DNA from: a virus
Lineage: Duplodnaviria > Caudoviricetes
Length of the DNA: 57,400 nt
IMG/VR virus record: IMGVR_UViG_3300017655_000002
Span: 1 to 57,400 of that record
Direction: 5' to 3' (one strand)
A program made the position numbers and the translations under genes. The notes under the pieces are model-generated. The model saw only the letters and a list, made by a program, of their open reading frames with translations, searched no databases and was not told where the DNA came from. This document shows positions 8,205 to 16,286 of this stretch, piece by piece; position 1 is the stretch's first letter; each line of letters begins with the position of its first letter.

Positions 8205-9115
8205 TAAATCATCCTCCAGGCTGGTGTCACCATGCCGCCAGCGTTGCGATGTCCGCCGCCGCCAAACTCCTTGGCGATTTCGGTGATGTCAAAAGAGCCT
8301 TCCGAGCGGAGCGACCATTTGACGTTGTTCGGGCTGTCCGGGATATCCGAATAGATGATAGCGAAATCTGCGGCCGGGAACTTCTGGCACAAGTAGTGGC
8401 CGACCTCAGACTGCAGGACTGGTGATCGAACCACCACAGCCATGTAGGTCTTTCCCGTCTTGGTCTCGTACCGGGCCAGACGTGCCGGCTTGCAGATTTC
8501 TTCGACCAACTTCTGCCGATACCGCAAGACGGTCTGACCGGTGGATCGAGTCTCGGGGAAGTCATGCTCGATTTCGTCTGCCATCCTGTCATACTGCCGG
8601 AAGGAGAAAGGAACCGTCGAGATGACCGAGTTGATGGCTTCGGAGTCAGTCAACTCCCACTTCCACAGGTCGCGGTCCTGGATGTACTGCAACATCAGCG
8701 GTACCGGGTCCTGGTGGAAATGCTTCCACGTCAACACGGCGCCGGACTGGGTCATGTCGAAGTGAGCGAGTATCCGTTGATGCGAGATCAACGCATCGAA
8801 GCCGGGATCGCCAATGTTGAACCGGGTGAGGCCGGCCAGGTTTTCTTCAGCTGACTTGTGGTGATCGATGATCACGATACGCTTGGCGACAGCCGACAGA
8901 TTATCGAGGACCTCCATCGGGAACGAGAAGTCCACGATATACATGAGGTCACAAGCGTAGTCGACCAGAGGCAACGGCTTGTTGTACTGCACCGGCACGT
9001 ACCGGATGGAGCCTTTGTTGACCTTGGCTTTGAGGCGAGCCTGTTCGATTGCCCAGGCGGCGCCGAAGCCATCATAGCAATCGGCGTGGTAAAGAACGAT
9101 GTCAGGTAGCTGCAT
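8204..9115 (-). CDS. DHH/DHHA1 phosphoesterase
   Basis: YHADCYDG, IVDFSF, IDHH, QDRDLW, SLRS, GGGGHRNAGG. Confidence 0.9.
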   Translation of the reverse strand: MQLPDIVLYHADCYDGFGAAWAIEQARLKAKVNKGSIRYVPVQYNKPLPLVDYACDLMYIVDFSFPMEVLDNLSAVAKRIVIIDHHKSAEENLAGLTRFNIGDPGFDALISHQRILAHFDMTQSGAVLTWKHFHQDPVPLMLQYIQDRDLWKWELTDSEAINSVISTVPFSFRQYDRMADEIEHDFPETRSTGQTVLRYRQKLVEEICKPARLARYETKTGKTYMAVVVRSPVLQSEVGHYLCQKFPAADFAIIYSDIPDSPNNVKWSLRSEGSFDITEIAKEFGGGGHRNAGGMVTPAWRMI

Positions 9116-9404
9116 TGTTAGGTGCCTCCTTGAGCACGAGTTCACGAACGGACTTGATTGCCCGCTTCGGGATTTGAAGATTGCCCTGCATCCCAACTGG
9201 TAAGCCGTCGGCACCTTTGTGGATATGCGGGACCAGAACAACGAAGGCGTCTGTCACCTCGACAGCATAACCGACGGACACGATGTCCATGCTTTCTTTG
9301 CTGTTCGAGTCGAACGACTGCCAGCCGGCGGCTGAGACAGAGTCCTCCCATTCGACTATCAGTACCTTTGCGGTGCGGACAATCTTCGTTTCAAACTGGA
9401 GCAT
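9102..9404 (-). CDS. Hypothetical phage protein
   Basis: IVEWEDS..GW, SVGY, IPKRAIKSV pattern. Confidence 0.65.
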   Translation of the reverse strand: MLQFETKIVRTAKVLIVEWEDSVSAAGWQSFDSNSKESMDIVSVGYAVEVTDAFVVLVPHIHKGADGLPVGMQGNLQIPKRAIKSVRELVLKEAPNNAAT

Positions 9405-9786
9405 GAGCTTTCCTTTTCTGTTTAAGCTGCAGAGGTTGGATGGGCACGCATTTGACTTCGACCTCGGGTGTTGGGTTAAGCCTGAGGAAGAAGCCCATCG
9501 GAACAAGGCACGGGCCTCGAACAACGTGAGCCGTGTAGACCCACCCTTTGTCGATCCAGGGAGACAGCTTTCTCGCGCTGTCGCGATCAATGTATCCAAC
9601 GTTGTGTCCACCGCAGGACTCGCAGGATGTCTCGAGGCGGATAGCATTGGAGTCAACATCGTTCTCCGGCTCACGCGACAGTAGCACGCCGTCGCCTTCC
9701 TCGAGCTCGGCGTAGGCCGTTGCCCCTTCCATGCCGAAGAACGAGTAGCCGCGAACCTTGGCGATTATCGTGGGAGCTTTAGCCAT
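9391..9786 (-). CDS. HIRAN domain protein
   Basis: VRGYSF, LSREPENDVDSNAI, VGYIDR. Confidence 0.85.
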   Translation of the reverse strand: MAKAPTIIAKVRGYSFFGMEGATAYAELEEGDGVLLSREPENDVDSNAIRLETSCESCGGHNVGYIDRDSARKLSPWIDKGWVYTAHVVRGPCLVPMGFFLRLNPTPEVEVKCVPIQPLQLKQKRKAHAPV

Positions 9787-10045
9787 AGGAGGGTACCTCC
9801 ATCAGGTGCCACATGTACGCGCCCTGCTTGCAGGTGCCAATGTATGCGGCGTTGGCCGGGAACTGATGACCGGTCCCGACCGCGAGGAACTTTCTCGCCC
9901 TCGTGAGGTCTCCTTGGAATGTGATGGCCCACAGGCACAGCTGACCCATCGGGTCTTCGCCGAAATGGATCACCTCGGCATGCTGCGGCATCGGGATCAG
10001 GTTTTCGCCCACCGAGACGGGGTACTTGAGGATGCACTTGGTCAT
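9779..10045 (-). CDS. Conserved hypothetical phage protein
   Basis: ILKYP, LWA, VGTGH, YIGT, WHLME pattern. Confidence 0.7.
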   Translation of the reverse strand: MTKCILKYPVSVGENLIPMPQHAEVIHFGEDPMGQLCLWAITFQGDLTRARKFLAVGTGHQFPANAAYIGTCKQGAYMWHLMEVPSYG

Positions 10046-10737
10046 TGCTCGAGCTCCTTGAGCGTTATACCAGCAATTCGATGAGACACATTCACGCTCG
10101 GGTCAACACCGACGAGGTGCATTTGTCCTCCGCAATCTGCGCATGTGAGAGAAAACGGCATCATAGCTTCGCGCCGGACTGCGTGAGTTCGCCCGCATCC
10201 TTCGCAGCGATATCCCGGTCGCATAGTGGAGAGATCTTTAGACTTTTCATAAAAGATGATCTTCTTGTAATTCTGAGTCGGGTCGCGGGTTATGCGAACA
10301 TGGTAGCCCCACATACGCATCCAGTGAGAAAGCTTGACCGGAGACATGCCAAGCAACTCGCCAAGCTCGGAAGAAAGAACAGGCCCTGCGGACATCCTGC
10401 GATCAGCGGCTCTCCGGAGCTCGTCTATGCGGTAGAGCCCTTCGAGGAACTTGATCTGTTGCTCGATCAGGTACCGACTCTTCTTGATGCGTCCTTTGCC
10501 CCAGTCTACCACACTGTCACGCGCCTTGGCGAAAGGAGTGCCGTGGCAACGAGGCTGAGAAGTGGCCCGCTTTACGGGGCAGCCCTCACACTGCTTCTCC
10601 AAGTAGTGCTTGCAGAGAGGACGTTGCGCCATCCAGTTACCGTTCTTCACGCTCGAGATGCCGACCTTGGATTGCGTGCTCAAGAGACGCTCCCACCCTT
10701 GGATAGCTTCTCGGATCAAACGCCTGTCACTCTCCAT
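10042..10737 (-). CDS. Cys-rich protein with HTH-like segment and C-terminal Zn ribbon
   Basis: C..C.GCP; ELGELLGMSPVKLSHW; CEGCG..CADCGG. Confidence 0.6.
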   Translation of the reverse strand: MESDRRLIREAIQGWERLLSTQSKVGISSVKNGNWMAQRPLCKHYLEKQCEGCPVKRATSQPRCHGTPFAKARDSVVDWGKGRIKKSRYLIEQQIKFLEGLYRIDELRRAADRRMSAGPVLSSELGELLGMSPVKLSHWMRMWGYHVRITRDPTQNYKKIIFYEKSKDLSTMRPGYRCEGCGRTHAVRREAMMPFSLTCADCGGQMHLVGVDPSVNVSHRIAGITLKELEQ

Positions 10738-11173
10738 CGGGCAAGCTCCACCAAATCTCCACACGTTTTCCTGTGGGTCGTCTTTCCTTGATCACACCCA
10801 GTTCCTTTGCCGCTAGGTTGATGTCACGTTCCGAGCAGGCTATCGCAGACGCCAGGGACTCTTTGAATTTCACCGCAGGTTGAGGACCTTTCCTCAGCCG
10901 CTCCCTCATCTCCTCTCCCACACTGTTGTGGGCAGCCCAGACTTTCTCCATAACAGCGTCGAGGATTTCGGCCAGCTCCTGAGCCTCGGGCAGCTGATCG
11001 CCGAAGGCATTGTGGAGTTTCCGTTTACGCTCTTCGATCAGCTCCTCGAGTCGGGACAAGTGCGAGCGATGCCAGAGTTTCCAGTTGCTCCCGAGGTTAC
11101 GATAAAGGATTGGCTCGGTAAGGCCAAGGAAGAGCGTGAGCAGGCGAAGGTTCGCCATCTTCTCGACAATCAT
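10727..11173 (-). CDS. Hypothetical protein with C-terminal wHTH-like domain
   Basis: SERDINLAAKELGVIKERR...WWSLP. Confidence 0.6.
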   Translation of the reverse strand: MIVEKMANLRLLTLFLGLTEPILYRNLGSNWKLWHRSHLSRLEELIEERKRKLHNAFGDQLPEAQELAEILDAVMEKVWAAHNSVGEEMRERLRKGPQPAVKFKESLASAIACSERDINLAAKELGVIKERRPTGKRVEIWWSLPDGE

Positions 11174-11640
11174 GGCAGGCTCCAGCGGCTAGCGCGGTTG
11201 ATCCCGAAACCCGTCAACTCTTTGACCACGCCCAACTTGACGCTAGTCCGATACAGCTGGGCTCGAGTGATGCCGGCTTTCTTGGCGTCCTTCTCAATCT
11301 TGGAGTAGGTGCACTGACTGGGCTTCTTGTCAGTCAATCGATCCACGAGCCAGCCTTCCACACGGGAGGCTCTCATCATCGGTCGACCTTCTGGAGCGGG
11401 ACGATCAAAGTCCAACGCCTCAGCCACGGACGGAAAGCCTTGATCCTCGATCCAGTCCAGCAGCCGGTCAAAAGCAACGTCAAAGTCGGGCAACAGACTC
11501 GAGCGAGGAGAGCCTAGCCCGTCCTTCCAGCGGTGAACAGTGAGCCTAGAAACGCCGATCATGTCAGCAATTTCCTGGCAATTTTTGAACAACAGGAACC
11601 TACTGAGGTATTCCCGAGTGATTTCCTTCGACAACTGCAA
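11170..11640 (-). CDS. HTH transcriptional regulator with C-terminal wHTH-like domain
   Basis: QEIADMIGVSRLTVHRWK; C-terminal GITRAQLYRTSVKLGVVK...RWSLP. Confidence 0.7.
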   Translation of the reverse strand: MQLSKEITREYLSRFLLFKNCQEIADMIGVSRLTVHRWKDGLGSPRSSLLPDFDVAFDRLLDWIEDQGFPSVAEALDFDRPAPEGRPMMRASRVEGWLVDRLTDKKPSQCTYSKIEKDAKKAGITRAQLYRTSVKLGVVKELTGFGINRASRWSLP

Positions 11641-11682
11641 TGTGGTATCCTCTCATTAACATCTGGTCTGCATGAAAGCGGA

Positions 11683-11711
11683 TTAGTACGTGTTATCCTC
11701 GCCGGCGTCAA
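11683..11711 (-). promoter_or_regulatory. Putative sigma70-type promoter
   Basis: TTGACG-N17-TACTAA. Confidence 0.45.
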
Positions 11712-11760
11712 ACGGCAAACTCTCGCAAACGTTGGAAACCCAGCAAGGAGAAGAGAATGT

Positions 11761-11903
11761 TACACCCGGTATCGAACGCGCATACGCGCACGATATTGCA
11801 AAATTCAACATGTCCCTACATACAATACGTATTTATTAAATATATAGATTAGTTAGAGAGCATGACAATATCGCGCACGAACGTAGGTATGTGACCGGAT
11901 GTA
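11761..11903. other. AT-rich core flanked by nested imperfect inverted repeats (origin candidate)
   Basis: TACACCCGGT/ACCGGATGTA (9/10) and CGCGCACGATATTG/CAATATCGCGCACG (12/14) around ATTTATTAAATATATAGATT. Confidence 0.5.
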
Positions 11904-11918
11904 GAAAATGCACTCTAG

Positions 11919-11940
11919 GAAAAGCGCCCCGGAGGGCGCC
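11919..11940 (-). terminator. Intrinsic terminator
   Basis: Minus strand GGCGCCC-TCCG-GGGCGCT followed by T tract. Confidence 0.75.
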
Positions 11941-11952
11941 TGTATCAGTGAG

Positions 11953-12357
11953 TTACTTCTTGAGAGCCTTGCGGATAGCGGCGGCATCGTTGCGGTCAAT
12001 GTTTGCTTTGCGCAGTTTAGCGCGAGCGACCTTCGGGTTTATGCCGAGCTCCTTGGCGATGGCGGCAACGTTGACCTTGGCAGCGTCGGCGGCAACACGA
12101 ACGGCTTTGATTGCCTTGGGCGTTGCGACTTCGCCGTGCTTGTTCACCTTCTTGGCGGGGACCTGAGCGGCGCGGGCGACTTCTTCCTTGAGCAGCTGCT
12201 CGGTAACAGTCTGCTTGGCCACGCGAGTTTCGTGTTCCTTATCGATTGCCTGGGCCAGTTTATCCTTGGACTCTTTCCAGGCCTTGAGCGGTGCCTTGCC
12301 GTTCATGGCGCGCAGTTCGTTGAGGTAGGCGAGGGTGATTTCGAACTTGACAGTCAT
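11953..12357 (-). CDS. Lys/Ala-rich basic DNA-binding protein (HTH-like C-terminus)
   Basis: GGAG RBS before MTVKFEITL; VAAIAKELGINPKVARAKLRK. Confidence 0.75.
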   Translation of the reverse strand: MTVKFEITLAYLNELRAMNGKAPLKAWKESKDKLAQAIDKEHETRVAKQTVTEQLLKEEVARAAQVPAKKVNKHGEVATPKAIKAVRVAADAAKVNVAAIAKELGINPKVARAKLRKANIDRNDAAAIRKALKK

Positions 12358-12392
12358 AGCAGTGTCTCCAGCGTCGGAATTGACGTGGAGAC

Positions 12393-12455
12393 ACACTATG
12401 GCATTTGTGGGGTGTTGTCAGTGGGGTCCTGTGGGTATGGTTAACTACTCGTAAC
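12393..12455 (-). promoter_or_regulatory. Sigma70-type promoter with CtrA-like box
   Basis: GTTA-N7-TTAACCAT, 15 nt, CTGACA-N17-TAGTGT. Confidence 0.65.
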
Positions 12456-12687
12456 CTGCCGGCGGCCATTGTTTGATCGTTCGCTTCTTGAGGGCGTACC
12501 GGGCGGCGAAGTCGAGGCGGTCGGCCTCGGTGAGGAACAGGAAGAACGTGCCTACCTTGTTGATGGGGATGTAGCCGTAGTCGTAGGGCACGTTGACTTT
12601 GTGAGGACGCGGGTGAGCGTCACGGTTGACTTGCAGCGGGTGCGGGTAGGCAGCGATCAGGCGTTTAATGTGGGCGGTCTTGCTCAT
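12445..12687 (-). CDS. Hypothetical protein
   Basis: Member of a coupled early operon. Confidence 0.6.
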   Translation of the reverse strand: MSKTAHIKRLIAAYPHPLQVNRDAHPRPHKVNVPYDYGYIPINKVGTFFLFLTEADRLDFAARYALKKRTIKQWPPAGYE

Positions 12688-12836
12688 GGCTTTTTGTCCT
12701 TCATCGAAGTGTATTTGCGCAGGTCGGATCGGTACTTGACGAGACGATTGGTCAAGGTGCGGATTTCGGCTTCGGTTTGCTTGATGAGCTGCTCGAGATG
12801 AGCAGCCCGATTGTTGAGGGCAAGACGTCGAGTCAT
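12684..12836 (-). CDS. Small coiled-coil protein (50 aa)
   Basis: MTRRLALNNRAAHLEQLIKQTEAEIRTL..; ATGA overlaps at both ends. Confidence 0.55.
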   Translation of the reverse strand: MTRRLALNNRAAHLEQLIKQTEAEIRTLTNRLVKYRSDLRKYTSMKDKKP

Positions 12837-13015
12837 TTCCAGATGATCCTTATGCGATAGAGGCAGGTCGACTTGCCGAGGGGCAGGCCAACATGGCGAG
12901 CCAGGCCATATCGTTTGCCTCCTGCATTGCGAGACGACTCGTAGACGTTGACCACCCGATTGACGAACGTGTGGTGCAGCTTGATGCCGCGAGGAAAAAT
13001 GACTTCTTGTTTCAT
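12833..13015 (-). CDS. Hypothetical protein
   Basis: ATGA coupling; MKQEVIFPRG. Confidence 0.55.
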   Translation of the reverse strand: MKQEVIFPRGIKLHHTFVNRVVNVYESSRNAGGKRYGLARHVGLPLGKSTCLYRIRIIWK

Positions 13016-13599
13016 TTGCTCAGGACCTTCTTGGCGGCTTCGGCTTCCTGTGGGGTGAACAGCCACTTTCCTGAGGCGGGCTTGGGGAAGTTAGCGGCAC
13101 GCAGGATATTGCGGGCCTTCTTGGGGTCCTTGGTGATCGCGTCGAGCGGGATCAGACCGTCAGGGATTGCTTTGGCTTTGCCGCTTTCGCGCTCAGGACG
13201 CTGCCTGGCTCGCTTGGCTGGTTTCGCCGGTGTTTCCTCCCCGGGGGATGCGTCTGGGCGGCCAGCGAGCGCGTAGGGGCGCCCTAGCATCTGGGCGATT
13301 TGCTGAGGATATGGCGTCGGGAGCGTGTAAGCTTCCTCTTCCTTGGTGAGCTTGTGCTCCATGATGGCATCGAGGCCATTCGGCTGCTCGCATGTCAACG
13401 TGAGTGAGAGTGGCTCGAAGATTTCGAGCTCCTCGTTCGATACCCACTTGTAGGTGGTCTGCGCCATGACGGCTTCGATGAAGTGTCGGGCGGCGTAGGT
13501 ACCGCAGAAGGCGAAGTGCCAGTTTTGATTGCGGCGACCGTTTATGCGAATGCCCCACTTGGGCGGGCGTGTCGGGCTGGACGGGAATGCGGCTTCCAT
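13012..13599 (-). CDS. Hypothetical protein with C-terminal basic HTH-like motif
   Basis: AGGA RBS; LDAITKDPKKARNILRAANFPKPASGKWLF. Confidence 0.65.
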   Translation of the reverse strand: MEAAFPSSPTRPPKWGIRINGRRNQNWHFAFCGTYAARHFIEAVMAQTTYKWVSNEELEIFEPLSLTLTCEQPNGLDAIMEHKLTKEEEAYTLPTPYPQQIAQMLGRPYALAGRPDASPGEETPAKPAKRARQRPERESGKAKAIPDGLIPLDAITKDPKKARNILRAANFPKPASGKWLFTPQEAEAAKKVLSK

Positions 13600-13667
13600 T
13601 TGATTGATCCTGTGGGTTAGGTGTTCGACGGTGAAAAGGTTCTTCTCGATAAGACTGGCGACTGGCG

Positions 13668-13904
13668 TTATGTGGTTTTTGTCGATTGTTTCTGCGGCCG
13701 CTGGGTGGGTGGCTGGGTAGATGAGGCGGGTTCTTTCGACAAGATCGAGCCAAGCAGAGTACGGATCGCGGTGAGCTGAGGGTCGTCGTCGGGCCATGTC
13801 CATCTTCCGTTGGTTGGCTTGAGGTCGTTCTGTCGCAAGATCATGCGAATGCGACGAGGATTAGCCGAGAATTCCTTGGCGAGGTGCTTGAGGACGATGG
13901 TCAT
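13668..13904 (-). CDS. Small basic HTH-like protein
   Basis: LKHLAKEFSANPRRIRMILRQNDLKPTNGRWTW. Confidence 0.65.
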   Translation of the reverse strand: MTIVLKHLAKEFSANPRRIRMILRQNDLKPTNGRWTWPDDDPQLTAIRTLLGSILSKEPASSTQPPTQRPQKQSTKTT

Positions 13905-14209
13905 GTAGCCGACTCCAATTTGCTGAGGACCCATGCACGACGTTTGGGGCAAGTGCGCAGGTCGTCGCTATTGTTGAAGTCATCTTGGCCGAACGGGTAG
14001 GTGATGTCGAGGCCATCGGCGACGAACATCCACTCGAGCTCCCTGCGCAACTCGAACGTGTTAACATCGATGTTGACGATGTTGTGGGTATAGGGAAGAG
14101 CGTTGTAGCACAGGCCAAAGCGTTGGTCGAAGCCATAAGGATTGTGGTCGTCGTCGCCATACGCCCAGTCAGCGTAGGCTTGGAGGAATGCTTTTAATTC
14201 AGGCGTCAT
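13901..14209 (-). CDS. Hypothetical protein (first gene of early operon)
   Basis: AGGAG RBS; immediately downstream of promoter. Confidence 0.7.
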   Translation of the reverse strand: MTPELKAFLQAYADWAYGDDDHNPYGFDQRFGLCYNALPYTHNIVNIDVNTFELRRELEWMFVADGLDITYPFGQDDFNNSDDLRTCPKRRAWVLSKLESAT

Positions 14210-14236
14210 CGTGTTTCTCCTGTGGTGACCTGAAGA

Positions 14237-14299
14237 GAGATATCATCTTGAAAGGAGAGTGTCATGGGTGATAGTCAGGAATGGTTAACAGAATATTAA
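14237..14299 (-). promoter_or_regulatory. Promoter with full-consensus CtrA box
   Basis: TTAA-TATTCTG-TTAACCAT (14299-14281), 15 nt, ATGACA-N17-TATCTC. Confidence 0.7.
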
Positions 14300-14313
14300 G
14301 GAGTTGAGAGAAG

Positions 14314-14832
14314 ATGTTTCCAATGCTTAAGCAGAAACAAAGATGGCTTCATCGTGAGGAGGGGCACCCGGGCGATTGCTATCGAACAGCCATCGCTTGC
14401 TACCTCGGCATGGTGAGGGATAGCGTCCCGCATTTTGTAGAGCTGTATGGCGGCGACAGTGAAAACGACTGGGATAGCGGACAAGGCGTGTCGGAGGGTA
14501 TCGAGAAGTGGCTGCGTGAACGCGGCATGATGTTGATCGAGATACCGTTGGGCGGAGACACAGCTTTCGAGGGAATGGCTGAGGCAGTGTCGCGCAATTG
14601 GCTGGGAGGCATTCCTCGGCTGATCATCGGCGGGAAGTCTCCTCGCGGCTACTCGCATGTCATCGTGTGGGATAAGGACGAAGGATACTGGGACCCGGCC
14701 AAGAATTACGATGGCGGCGATATGTTGGTCGGACCTCAGACCGACGGACTCTGGTGGATCATCGCCATCGTGCCTTCGTGGGAGAGCCGGGGGCATTTCC
14801 TCGATAGGCCTCAATTGGCGGAGGAGTGTTGA
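14314..14832 (+). CDS. Conserved phage protein, possibly papain/C39-like fold
   Basis: GDCYRTAIACYL, VPHF, SPRGYSHVIV, WDP (candidate Cys-His-Asp). Confidence 0.6.
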   Translation: MFPMLKQKQRWLHREEGHPGDCYRTAIACYLGMVRDSVPHFVELYGGDSENDWDSGQGVSEGIEKWLRERGMMLIEIPLGGDTAFEGMAEAVSRNWLGGIPRLIIGGKSPRGYSHVIVWDKDEGYWDPAKNYDGGDMLVGPQTDGLWWIIAIVPSWESRGHFLDRPQLAEEC

Positions 14833-14904
14833 GATGATGGAAGCGATAGCCTGGGGTGTGTTCATTGGTTTGATCTTGGCCACTGTCGTTTTGTGGAGGA
14901 ACAT

Positions 14905-15378
14905 ATGACTTCTGTGATGGAAGCGGCGGGAGTTGTCGAAGTATCGATTAAGCTTTGGTCTGGGTCGGTTGGACCGAAGAAGGATGGGAATGTCTGGTGG
15001 TCGAATGTCATGATGCGCGATCAGACGTTCTTCGTCCAGCTGGCTAAGGACGTCAGGCTCGGCGTGCAGGAAATGATGGAGCCATATGCGGCGCGAGCTG
15101 CTGATGAGGCAGCAGCAAGACGGTGGCGTCAACAGTGTGTGGAAGACGCTGAGCTGGTCCTGAATGCGGTGCGCGAGGCCAGACTGAAGGGTTTGCCGTG
15201 GCAATTGTTCGAAAAATGCATTGCGGGTCAAACACCTAGGCAGATTATCAGGGGGGACAAGAAACGTCCTGGATGGTCGATCTTGGGGGAGCTACAGAAC
15301 TGGGTTTTGGTGGTCGACACTGCGCTAGAACCGGAAAAGATCGAAAGGCTATTGACTTTACGGAGGATGATGGCCTAA
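14905..15378 (+). CDS. Hypothetical protein
   Basis: GGAGG RBS before MTSVMEAAG. Confidence 0.65.
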   Translation: MTSVMEAAGVVEVSIKLWSGSVGPKKDGNVWWSNVMMRDQTFFVQLAKDVRLGVQEMMEPYAARAADEAAARRWRQQCVEDAELVLNAVREARLKGLPWQLFEKCIAGQTPRQIIRGDKKRPGWSILGELQNWVLVVDTALEPEKIERLLTLRRMMA

Positions 15379-15477
15379 GAAGTGGTAGGTTGCCACAGCC
15401 ACCGGCTCTCAACTGGCAGGTGTTTTTGAGGTCGTGCTGGCTACATTCGACTGCGGATGGGAGGCTTGAAATAGGTC

Positions 15478-15940
15478 TTCTCAATAGAACCAAGGCAGTT
15501 GATTTCTTGGAGAAAAAGGGCTGCTCTTCGTATTCAGCGAAGGCGGCCTTTTCTTTTGGAAGTTACTTTGGCTTTGTCTCAATACAACGACTTGGAAAGT
15601 TTTCTGAAAAGAAACGGACGTCTCCTCCTAATACAACGAAGCATGAGTTTTTCTGAAAAGAAACTTAGCTCTCGTCGTATTACAGCAGCGACTACATTTC
15701 TTTTTAGAAAACTTGCCGGGGCGTTGTATTAGGAGCCCGGCGTGATTATTCTTGGAAAGAATGCGTGTCGCCGCGTATTACAGCGACTGAGTCAGTTTTC
15801 TTAGAGAAGGTTGGCTCGCTCGCTGAATACGATGAAGCGACGACTTTTCTCAAGAATTGCCAACAGGTCATTGTATTAGGAGAGACGCGATGGTTTTCTC
15901 AAGAAGATCGTCGCGAGTATTGTAATAGGAGCAGACAGAT
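15478..15940. repeat. Degenerate array of 49-bp units (9 full, 1 partial), each with a TTCT-N3-6-(A/G)GAA box and a GTATT box in either orientation
   Basis: TATTA/TAATA-type core starts at 15482, 15531, 15580, 15629, 15678, 15727, 15776, 15825, 15874, 15923. Confidence 0.85.
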
Positions 15941-16286
15941 GCCGAGAGCGTCACGACTGGCGAAGGAACGCGCCAAGAAGAAAGCGGCTGAGGTTGTAGA
16001 GAACCCGTCGCGTGCATTTCGCAAAGCCAAAGACCCGACCAAGCAAATGGTCAAGGAGCTGGCGCGCACTCACACGGAAGTTGCGTTGAATACGCTGGTG
16101 CGGCTGATGCAGAAATCCAAGAGCGATGCAATTCGCATGGACGCTGCTGAGGCAATTCTCAATCGAGGCTGGGGCAAGCCTGCTCAGGCAATTGTGGGCG
16201 GCGGTCCTGATGAGCCTCCGGTCAATGTTATCTCGAGGGTAGAACGTGTCTTCATCAGACCAAACACTAAGGATCGAGACAGCTGA
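15939..16286 (+). CDS. terS: Terminase small subunit
   Basis: Directly upstream of TerL; ELAR.HT..AL.TL..LM, R..AA.AIL.RGWGKP.Q; AGGAG RBS. Confidence 0.75.
   Translation: MPRASRLAKERAKKKAAEVVENPSRAFRKAKDPTKQMVKELARTHTEVALNTLVRLMQKSKSDAIRMDAAEAILNRGWGKPAQAIVGGGPDEPPVNVISRVERVFIRPNTKDRDS

Noticed and set aside
7119-8207. Long antisense ORFs (also 303..1016, 28790..29773, 29662..30858, 50156..51082, 53327..54316)
   Set aside because: Shadow frames of real high-GC genes, without motifs or RBS
15273-15938. ORFs 15273..15656, 15499..15732 and the upstream extension of terS from 15765
   Set aside because: They run through the repeat array with atypical composition; terS has a clear AGGAG RBS before ATG 15939
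15478-15940. 49-bp array as a CRISPR array
   Set aside because: Motifs are short, degenerate and orientation-flipping, the period is too short for repeat plus spacer, and no cas operon is present (the Cas4-like gene is a replication-module exonuclease)
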